The notes under the pieces: model-generated
What the model was told of the DNA's origin: nothing
The model's input: only the letters and a program-made list of their open reading frames with translations
The model's database searches: none
Source: Bdellovibrionales bacterium
GTDB lineage: Bacteria; Bdellovibrionota; Bdellovibrionia; Bdellovibrionales; UBA840
DNA: 64,000 nt
Direction of reading: 5' to 3'
Assembly: GCA_045110695.1 (NCBI GenBank)
Contig: JBGCGH010000048.1
Span: 2,110 to 66,109, forward strand
Position numbers and translations under genes: made by a program
In this document: positions 1 to 8,500 of the stretch, piece after piece
Layout of the letters: each line of letters begins with the position of its first letter
How positions within the stretch are numbered: the first letter of the stretch is position 1

Positions 1-1640
1 GTGAATCACTTGCGGCAGGTATCATCTTTACGATTCCAGCTCTTGTACTAGTTGGCGCATGGACGGACTTTAAATTTATACCAACTACTCTGATAGCAAT
101 TTGCGGTGGACTACTTGGTGTTGTTTTTATGATTCCTCTAAGAAAGAGTCTTATCATCGAAGATGAGAACCTTACCTACCCTGAAGGTGTTGCATGTAGC
201 GCAGTATTGGAAGCTGGTGCGAACAACAAAGGGGCCGGCCTTGGTTCTATTATTAACGGTTTACTTATTGGTGCGACCTTCAAGGCATTGTCCACTGGTG
301 TGGGTTTAATCAAGGGCTCGGTAGAGTTTGCAGGAAAGATGGGAGATAAAGTCTTTTTTGCGGGATCTGATATTTCTCCTGCACTTTTAGCTGTTGGTTA
401 TATCGTAAAGCTTGAAGTTGCTTTATTGGTCTTTATAGGTGGAATGGTCGGATGGACGATTGGAATTCCCCTTTTAGGAACTCCAGAGTCTATGGCCGAC
501 GCCAGCGCATTGGATGTGGCTTGGACTCTTTGGTCTACTCAGATTAGATATTTAGGAGTAGGCGCAATGATTACTGGCGGTGTGTATAGCATCTTCAGTG
601 TAAGAAAAGGAATCGCCTCTGGTCTTTCTGGCTTGAAAAGCTCTTACCAAAACAAAGATGTAAGCACCGAAAGAACAGATCAGAACATGTCTCTTATGGG
701 AATGCTTGCCTTATTGGTAGGTTGTATTCTTCTTATGTTTGGCTTGTATCAATACCTCATCGACAACATCGGTGAAAGTCTTCTAGCGACAGCTTTGATG
801 ACGGTATTGTCATTTGTTATGGTAGCCGTTTCTAGTTATATCGTTGGATTGGTGGGAACCTCCAACAACCCCGTTTCAGGTATGACTATTTCAGCTCTGC
901 TCGGAACAGCGGCCTTCTTCCTAGTTTTAGGTTATGAAGGACAAGATGCAATCCTAGCAACTCTTGGAGTTGCCGCAGTAGTTTGTTGTGCTGCCTGTAC
1001 ATCTGGAGACTGTTCACAGGATTTAAAGACAGGTGTCCTCGTTGGTGCGACCCCAAAATTTCAGCAGTACGCTCAGGTGATTGGGGTTATAATCCCAGCC
1101 CTAGTAATAGCTCCAGTGTTAAGTCTACTTCACACTTCCTATGGAATTGGAGATGGGCTGAAAGCACCTCAGGCAACACTTTTTGCCTCGATCACCCAAG
1201 GTCTTTTTGGTGAAGGCGATCTACCTTACAACATGATCTATGCAGGTATGATTTTTGGTGTAGTAATTATATTCATCGACAACTACTTAGAAAAAAGAAA
1301 AGCAAAATACAGATTGTACCTTATGCCATTAGCAGTAGGTATTTACTTACCAGTAACACTTGCTGTTCCAATGTTCCTAGGTGGAGTAATCAGAACATTA
1401 GTAGATAAGAAGATGAACCGAGACGGCAGTGAAGCAGAAAACACCGACAACGGTGTCCTAATCAGCTCCGGCCTAATTGCCGGCGAAGCCTTAATGGGCG
1501 TCTTCCTAGCCGTACTCCTTTACTACGGAATATCTCTAAAAGTTTCCGGACTATCCAACGCAATAGTAGAAACCCTAAGCGTAGTTCTACTACTAGCCCT
1601 AGCCTGGTTCCTAAAGAAAAAAGCCGAAGTAAAACTATAA
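1..1640 (+). CDS. OPT-family oligopeptide transporter (5'-truncated by window edge)
   Basis: Frame 3 is open from nt 3 (ESLAAGIIFTIPALVLVGAW...), so the gene starts upstream of the window. It is a polytopic membrane protein with the OPT-like motif LTYPEGVACSAVLEAG and many hydrophobic spans. The stop at 1640 is followed by a hairpin and T-run. Confidence 0.75.
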   Translation, partial: ESLAAGIIFTIPALVLVGAWTDFKFIPTTLIAICGGLLGVVFMIPLRKSLIIEDENLTYPEGVACSAVLEAGANNKGAGLGSIINGLLIGATFKALSTGVGLIKGSVEFAGKMGDKVFFAGSDISPALLAVGYIVKLEVALLVFIGGMVGWTIGIPLLGTPESMADASALDVAWTLWSTQIRYLGVGAMITGGVYSIFSVRKGIASGLSGLKSSYQNKDVSTERTDQNMSLMGMLALLVGCILLMFGLYQYLIDNIGESLLATALMTVLSFVMVAVSSYIVGLVGTSNNPVSGMTISALLGTAAFFLVLGYEGQDAILATLGVAAVVCCAACTSGDCSQDLKTGVLVGATPKFQQYAQVIGVIIPALVIAPVLSLLHTSYGIGDGLKAPQATLFASITQGLFGEGDLPYNMIYAGMIFGVVIIFIDNYLEKRKAKYRLYLMPLAVGIYLPVTLAVPMFLGGVIRTLVDKKMNRDGSEAENTDNGVLISSGLIAGEALMGVFLAVLLYYGISLKVSGLSNAIVETLSVVLLLALAWFLKKKAEVKL

Positions 1641-1662
1641 ATTCAAAAAATTCAAAACCCAA

Positions 1663-1700
1663 AAAACGCCAGCCTAACCCCCCGGCGTTTTTTGTTTTGT
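1663..1700 (+). terminator. Putative rho-independent terminator of the OPT gene
   Basis: AAAACGCC (1663-1670) pairs with GGCGTTTT (1684-1691) around a 13-nt loop and runs into a T-rich tail. It lies about 23 nt after the stop codon. Confidence 0.5.
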
Positions 1701-1707
1701 TTTTTTG

Positions 1708-1800
1708 TTTTACTTTTACTTTTACTTTTACTTTTACTTTTACTTTTACTTTTACTTTTACTTTTATTTTTATTTTTATTTTTATTTTTATTTTTATTTT
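1708..1800. repeat. Compound hexanucleotide microsatellite (TTTTAC)9(TTTTAT)6
   Basis: Counted directly: nine perfect TTTTAC units at 1708-1761, then six perfect TTTTAT units at 1762-1797 plus a partial unit. A C7 tract (1824-1830) and a T8 tract (1831-1838) follow. Confidence 0.95.
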
Positions 1801-1860
1801 ATAATTTCCTATTTTTTATCTCTCCCCCCCTTTTTTTTCCAAATAACCCCACTCCAAAAA

Positions 1861-2008
1861 AGAAAGAGCCCCTTCATCTATTCAATTTCACCCTTCACGC
1901 GCAGTTGCGTGTTTGAGCATGAAGGGCGAAAGTGAATAGAGGAAGGGGCGGTTCTCATAAAAACCCTAGATCCAAAAAAAAGAAAAGCCCTGCGGCGCCT
2001 GAGCAAGA
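1861..2008 (-). repeat. Intergenic modular repeat, copy A (minus orientation): terminator-like module plus long hairpin
   Basis: Hairpin arms are 1869-1897 and 1920-1948, with apex CGCGCAGTTGCGTGTTTGAGCA, the reverse complement of the motif seen in copies B-D. The reverse complement of 1982-2008 is CTTGCTCAGGCGCCGCAGGGCTTTTC. Read on the minus strand it is nearly identical to copy D. Confidence 0.9.
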
Positions 2009-2060
2009 CCAAAACCCAGCCATCCAAGCCTAAAACCCAGCCCAAATTAAAGTTAACCCA

Positions 2061-3944
2061 TTGAAATCCCGAATAAAAACCAATATGAGGAAAGAGCCAA
2101 AAATAGCCAAACATATTAACAAGCAAAAAGCACAGAAGCGCTCAAAGCTTAAAGTGGTAGATAAGGCATTCCAAGAAGCTCAAAAAAAATATAAAAACTT
2201 TGATCAGTTAGATGGGAGCCACCCATGGCAGGAGCAAGTTCCCGAAGGCTACATTGGCTACAAAGTTTATAGGGTTGAAGATGCGCAAGTAGCCTATTTT
2301 AACTACGATTTGGCGAAAGAAATGGGCCTTATACCAAAAAATCATCCAAACAAGTTAAATGAGTTTCTAGAAGAAAAAATACTCGACGCCTTCGCGCTTA
2401 GAATAGTGAATGAATACGATCTCGAAAACGAAACAGAAGCACTTAACAAACAACATAAAGAAAATATTTTTATGGCAACGAGATATTTACAGCTTCAGCA
2501 TCCCAACAAACAAGGGAAAACCTCTGGAGACGGTAGAAGTATTTGGAATGGGTCCGTAAACGCCAAAGGCAGAGAGTGGGATGTTTCTTCCAGAGGAACG
2601 GGAGTGACTCGGTTAGCTCCAGGTGTTGTAGAGGCAGGGAAGTTCTTAGAGAGTGGTGGAGAGGATTTTGGATATGCCTGCGGAATGGCCGAAGTAGATG
2701 AGCTTTATGCCACTGCAATTATGTCAGAAGTGTTTCATAACCAAGGTATACCCACAGAACGAAGCTTATGTATAATTGAAACAACAGACAAGCTTGGTAT
2801 TGGAGTTAGAGCTGGCCAAAACTTACTTAGACCAGCTCACCTCTTTGCTTTTTTAAAACAAAGTAATGTTTCTGCTCTTGATAGGGCCCTACAATATCAT
2901 GTTGATAGACAAATTCAAAACAAGCGCTTTAAAGACAACGGCTCAAAATCAAAAAACTATAAGTATCTATTGGATCAAATTATTAATGATTATTCAAAAT
3001 TCGCCGCTCTTTTGGAGTCGGAATATATCTTCGCTTGGTTTGATTGGGACGGAGACAATATGTTGATGGACATTGGAATATTAGATTATGGTAGTATCCG
3101 CCAGTTTGGAATACGCCACGATGAGTACCGATATGATGATGTCACAAGATACTCAACAAACCTCAATGAACAGAAACAAAAAACACGAAAAATTGTTCAA
3201 ACTTTTTGTCAGTTATTTGATTTTTTAAGTACTGGCCAGAAGAAACCTATCGCTCACTTCTCCGAAAACAAGCAAATGAAAAAATTTGATTTGATTTTTG
3301 AAAGAGAGTTAGAGCTACTTTTTTTAGAAAAAATTGGATTAACTCGATCACAATCTGAGGATATATTTAAATCCAGTAAAAAAGAATTGAGTTCATGTTT
3401 TGAGGCCTATGCAGTTATCGAAAAAGCAAAGGCAAAAAACAAAAAAGAGGAAGTCTTTGACGGAGTAAATCGGCAGCCTCTTTATAACCCGAGGAAACTA
3501 CTAAGAATTTTAGCCGATCCTAATCAGAATTTTGAATTAGAAGAAATTTTTCAAAATATCTTAGCTGAAGATGTAGATCGATCTTCAGTCTTTAGTTCGT
3601 CAAGAAAAAAACAACTAGTTCATTTTATAGAAACTTATAATGATTTAATTTTGGTAGCCAATGGGAAGCGTGACCTTCACAAGAAGCAACATAAAAACTG
3701 CAACTTGGTAAATAGCCCAGAAAGACTTACTGGGAATTCTGTAACCTATATCGTAAATGAAATATTAGAAGCCCGAGATAAAAAACTAAAAGGCGAAGAA
3801 CTACAAAATTTTATTGATCTCTTTATCTACAACACCAGTAAGCCTTATAACAAAAGCCTTAAACCACCCAAGGAATCAAGAGTGGCGAAATCAACTGTTA
3901 AATCCATGCTAAAGATCGTCAATGAATTTAGCGAAGACATTTAA
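2061..3944 (+). CDS. SelO/YdiU-like protein adenylyltransferase (long, divergent form)
   Basis: Motifs resemble the SelO family: NYDLAKEMGLIP (N-terminal LA..LGL), SGDGRS (cf. LGDGRA), SRGTGVT, AIMSEVFHNQGIPTERSL (cf. SEAMHxLGIPTTRAL) and DGDNMLMDIGILDYGS (cf. HTDNMS..G.TIDYGP). It has about 150 extra C-terminal residues compared with E. coli YdiU. Confidence 0.55.
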   Translation: MKSRIKTNMRKEPKIAKHINKQKAQKRSKLKVVDKAFQEAQKKYKNFDQLDGSHPWQEQVPEGYIGYKVYRVEDAQVAYFNYDLAKEMGLIPKNHPNKLNEFLEEKILDAFALRIVNEYDLENETEALNKQHKENIFMATRYLQLQHPNKQGKTSGDGRSIWNGSVNAKGREWDVSSRGTGVTRLAPGVVEAGKFLESGGEDFGYACGMAEVDELYATAIMSEVFHNQGIPTERSLCIIETTDKLGIGVRAGQNLLRPAHLFAFLKQSNVSALDRALQYHVDRQIQNKRFKDNGSKSKNYKYLLDQIINDYSKFAALLESEYIFAWFDWDGDNMLMDIGILDYGSIRQFGIRHDEYRYDDVTRYSTNLNEQKQKTRKIVQTFCQLFDFLSTGQKKPIAHFSENKQMKKFDLIFERELELLFLEKIGLTRSQSEDIFKSSKKELSSCFEAYAVIEKAKAKNKKEEVFDGVNRQPLYNPRKLLRILADPNQNFELEEIFQNILAEDVDRSSVFSSSRKKQLVHFIETYNDLILVANGKRDLHKKQHKNCNLVNSPERLTGNSVTYIVNEILEARDKKLKGEELQNFIDLFIYNTSKPYNKSLKPPKESRVAKSTVKSMLKIVNEFSEDI

Positions 3945-5479
3945 GGCTTATATTTAGAATATATCTTTTCCGCGACCTTAATTCCATCAATAGCAGCACT
4001 AGTTATACCACCAGCATAGCCCGCACCCTCACCTGTTGGGTAGAGCCCAGAATGACTGATAGACTCTAGTGAGTCTACGTCTCGAGTTACACGAATCGGG
4101 CAGGAAGTTCTTGTCTCCACGCCAATGAGCTGTGCTTCCTCGCCGGCAAAGCCTTGCATTTTTTGATGAAAGCTAGTTAAGCCTTCTTTGAGAGACTCAG
4201 ACATATAGGTCGGTAGAAGTTCATTTAAATTTACAGAGGCAAGACCACTAGGACAACTACTTTTGGTGAGCTCTCCTTTTTTATTCTCTAGAAAATCCAC
4301 TACTCTTTGTCCCGGTAGTTGCTTATCGCCACCACTTTTTTGGACCGCATGTAGAGATTTTTCCTCAAGTTTTGTTCTGAAATCGAGACCAGAAAATAAT
4401 TCGTTTCCAAAATGCTTTTCGTAATCAAAAGTTACCACAACTGCGGCATTCGCCCAGGGAGAATTTCTATTGTAGTTAGACATTCCGTTACTAACAATTC
4501 CGGTAGATTCTGTTCCACTTGATAACACATATCCACCGGGACACATGCAAAAGGAATACACACCAAAATTGTCTTCTTTATTATTATAGGTCAGTTTGTA
4601 ATTTGCAGATCCAAGACTTGGGTGCTCCGCATGTTGTCTGTACTGAATTTTATTTATTAATTTCTGAGGATGCTCTACCCTGAGGCCCATAGCAAAAGAC
4701 TTTCCCTCTAAATGTACATTTGAGTCTTTTAGGTGATGAAACATATCGTTGGCAGAGTGACCTGTCGCTAGAACAACATGGTCAGAAAGGAATTTTCGAC
4801 CATCCGAGCTTATTACACCATTCACAGTTTCATTATTAAAAATCAGACTTTCCACTTTGGAGTTAAAATGAATTTCACAGCCCTTTTCCTGGAGATAAGC
4901 TCGCATTTTTGGAATCACTCTTCTGATTCTATCAGAACCAACGTGGGGGTTTGCGAGATACCTAATTTCCTCGGGCGCACCAAACTGAATCAAACGATCC
5001 ATCACATAGGGTATGTAATCAGATTTAATTCGTGTGATCAGCTTACCATCACTATATAAGCCAGCTCCCCCCTCACCAAAACACACATTATCATCTTCAG
5101 ATATTTCTCCATATCGCCAATACCGATTTATTTTTAGCATTCGCTTAGAGCATTCAGACCCTCTCTCTAAAAGTATACAGGGAATTCCCCGTTCCACTAA
5201 ACGGAGCGCACAGAATAACCCGGCCGGGCCACTACCTACAATGATGGGTTTTTGTCCTTTAAAACTATTAAGTGAGTCTACCGGAAAATGATCCGTTATT
5301 GCTTCTTCTCCGTTTTCAAAAACTTCGAGACTGTAGACTTCTTTGAGATCATGGCGTTTTCGAGCATCGACGGATTTTCTCAGAATTCGAAAACTAGAAT
5401 AATCAGGGACATGCCGTTCAATGATTTCACTGAGGTCTTCATTTAAAGACTTCTTGATATTATGTAGCTTTTTACTCAT
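3941..5479 (-). CDS. FAD-dependent oxidoreductase (COG2509-type uncharacterised FAD-dependent dehydrogenase)
   Basis: Dinucleotide-binding motif IIVGSGPAGLFCALRLVERGIPCILLERG, N-terminal ILRKSVDARK element and C-terminal GEGAGYAGGI. I prefer the ATG at 5479 (MSKKLHN..., GGAG 6 nt upstream) over the TTG at 5524 used in the ORF track. Confidence 0.7.
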   Translation of the reverse strand: MSKKLHNIKKSLNEDLSEIIERHVPDYSSFRILRKSVDARKRHDLKEVYSLEVFENGEEAITDHFPVDSLNSFKGQKPIIVGSGPAGLFCALRLVERGIPCILLERGSECSKRMLKINRYWRYGEISEDDNVCFGEGGAGLYSDGKLITRIKSDYIPYVMDRLIQFGAPEEIRYLANPHVGSDRIRRVIPKMRAYLQEKGCEIHFNSKVESLIFNNETVNGVISSDGRKFLSDHVVLATGHSANDMFHHLKDSNVHLEGKSFAMGLRVEHPQKLINKIQYRQHAEHPSLGSANYKLTYNNKEDNFGVYSFCMCPGGYVLSSGTESTGIVSNGMSNYNRNSPWANAAVVVTFDYEKHFGNELFSGLDFRTKLEEKSLHAVQKSGGDKQLPGQRVVDFLENKKGELTKSSCPSGLASVNLNELLPTYMSESLKEGLTSFHQKMQGFAGEEAQLIGVETRTSCPIRVTRDVDSLESISHSGLYPTGEGAGYAGGITSAAIDGIKVAEKIYSKYKP

Positions 5480-5566
5480 TACACGCTCCGGTGTTTGCGG
5501 AGAAATTTGAATGAACTCTATCAAAAAAAAGCCCGAAGAGTCGCTCTAAAGTCGCTAGAATGAAAA

Positions 5567-8500
5567 TTATTTATCTCTGATTTCCCAATCACGATCAAAC
5601 CAAACAGGTCCGACCCCATTGTAAAATGAACACCAGGCACCAGGCACGGTTGTGAATTGATAACCAGTAGGATTATCAGACCAAGAGCCCCAGAAACCTG
5701 ATAGACCGCTTCTACCTTCTTCTGAGGCGGTCATATTACAGAAAGCCTGGCCTGAGGGGCTTGGACCCATTATCATTAGACTATAGGAAGTAGATCCTGC
5801 GGGACATGAAGCGCATCCGGTTCCAGAAGCTTTTACGGGACCTGGGCCTCCACAGTTCATGCCCTCACAACTGCATGTTCCTGCGCTGGAGCTCAAAGTT
5901 CCACTGTCATCTACTGCATAAACATGGATCAAATGTTCTAAATCGCCCGATAGGCCGCGACCACTACAGATGGTACCAAGATCACCGACCAAGTCAAATT
6001 GACTGTAGTTGAAACTATCACTTGGTAACGGTAGCGGAGAATAAGAAGCGTTTTGACCAGCTCTTACCTCTGTATCAGTGGTGAAATCTTCTTCACAATC
6101 TGCTAATCTAAAGGCTCTGTAGGTAATAGGGTCTCCATCTGGGTCTGTTGAGCCACTAGTTACACTAAATCCCATTGTAGTTCCATCTCCGGTACAACTG
6201 ATTGTAGGAGCCGTGGGAGGACTGTTAGGGGTAACCGAACAATTTAAGTTGGTACAACCACATTTGGCTGGACTTGCACTAACCCCGCCATTTCCATCTT
6301 CTGCGTAGATATTAATAAATGCGTCTAGAACTCCCGAGTAACCCGCCACAATACAATCTGCAGATTTGCCTAGATCTCCGAAGGCAACTCTATTGTAACT
6401 TGGGCTAGGTGATCCGCCATAAGAAGTATTTGGACCGCCCTCGATATATGAATCTGTAGTTAGGATCTCTGTACAATCAACGTTTCGATAAGCCCTGTAT
6501 GTAATTGTATCTCCATCAGGGTCGGTTGCAGGGGTAACTATACTAAAGCCCATTGTAGCTCCATCTCCGTTACAACTAACTACCGGAGTGGTTGGTGCTC
6601 CATTCACCGGCACTGTGTTACAGGCACAATCTAAGTTATAGGCCTCAGTTCCCATAATATTTCTTACACCGGGCCCTGGCAAAGAGTCTGGGTAACCGCG
6701 ACAACCAGGAGTAGCGGCAATCACAGGTGTGCTAAATGGAGCCCCTCCAAATAAGGTATCAAAATCAGTTTGATTAGAAATCCCCGTTAGATCCGTAATT
6801 CTATAACTATAGGTTGGAACTAAAGCTGGGTTTGTTTCCGTACTTAATAAAGTAAGAAACCAATCATTTGGTGGTAAACAAGTTGGACCAGCTGCCTGAC
6901 ATTGACAAGAAAAGCTAAAATCATTTCCACCAGCGCTACAATTAATTGTATTACCTACGATAGCAGAACCACAGGTACCAGCTGAACTATAGCCGTCTCC
7001 TGTCCCTAGAGGATAATCTCCCATGTTTAATCCGAAAGAACTACACTGAGCAAGCGCACCACTACCGCCTGTTAATGTACGATAGAAATTGGCATTTTCT
7101 CCGCCGGCGATATCACATGTAGGGGCTAAACATGCTCTTTGAGTCAGGGTTGGGGAAGGACCACCACCACCATCACATGAGAATAATTCTCCAGAACTTG
7201 GGTTATTAATTCTTAGAACAGTAAAACCCTCAGAGCCAGTACAAGAATTTCCCGCTGCTAAGCCCGGAGGGGCCAATAACATTACTCCGGAACAAAGCCC
7301 TACCGGATCATCTGAGTCTCCAAAAGCACAACAGCCTAAAGCATTGGTACAAGTTCCGATAGACTGCCAAGTGGATGCTCCGGCACTAGGTTTTTTGCAA
7401 TAAAGAGATCTACTATCTAAAGATGGGCATTCAAGACCAGAGGAATGAGCCCTTCCAGAACCTACCGGTTCACAATCGATTACAGGTCCGCCACCACAGG
7501 TATTATCATCTACATAAACCGGAGATCCGTTACTACACTCAAAGACATCAGTTGTTGCATCACATGTACATGGAGGATCGGAATCTGGTTGGAAACAATA
7601 GTTTACTGAACAGCTTCCACCTACAGAGACCGGGCCTCCATCGCCGTTTCCACTACAATCTCTGTACTGACACTGGTATTCATCATATAGAAAACATTCT
7701 TCATTTGGCACACAACCCGTCGGTGGGTTTAGGCCAGCAACAAAACTAGAAGCGATAACTCCAAAAACTTCCGGAGTGCTCGCGTCCGGATCAACAGGTC
7801 CACAGTCTATTCCAGCCGTAGAAGGATAAGATGTAAAATTTATACCTGCTCTAGGCGGTCCCCCAAGGTTTGCAAAATAATATTGTGGAGTTGCATTTCT
7901 TTCTAGTAATTTTTCTAGAGGATTACAAGTTCCACCACCTCCCAGGCTAGGAACACAAGTGTAAACCTCATTAGGTCCACCGGTATCACAACGAAGCGTC
8001 TGGGCAGAATCATTCAAACAATATTTGTCAGCATCTCGCCAATCACATCTAGATCCATTGGATTTATTTTCTCTTTCGTAGGTAACTGCTGTGCAGAGCC
8101 CTGGTGTAACACCCGTTGGAGCCGTTGCAGTCACCCACTCTCTCCCAACACACAAATTTGCCTGGCCCACTTCTGAAACCGTACAGGATTTATCCATAGC
8201 AAAACAGTCACCTTGGTTTCCAGAGCTCATACCGGTGCCCGCAGGAAAACTATACTCATAGGCAAACTCAGTGGCGTTGGCAGTACATAACTCACCAATT
8301 GCTGAGGTTACAGTAGCTAATATTGAATTTGAACCTGTTGTTGGTCCGTCCGTCGGCAAAATCTTACAAGAACTTTGTGGGCCACCAATATCCGCAGCTG
8401 GAAAACCAACTACATCTTTACATTCAGGTATCAAGCTAAGAGTTGAAGTCACCTCGGTATTTCCCAAGACTGGTCCGGTATGGCATTCGGCATCTACCGG

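Noticed and set aside
1692-1935. Track ORFs 1692-1916 and 1705-1935, which encode poly-Leu and poly-(FY) peptides
   Set aside because: They are translations of the (TTTTAC)n(TTTTAT)n microsatellite and of repeat copy A. They show no start context and only low-complexity sequence, so they are non-coding.
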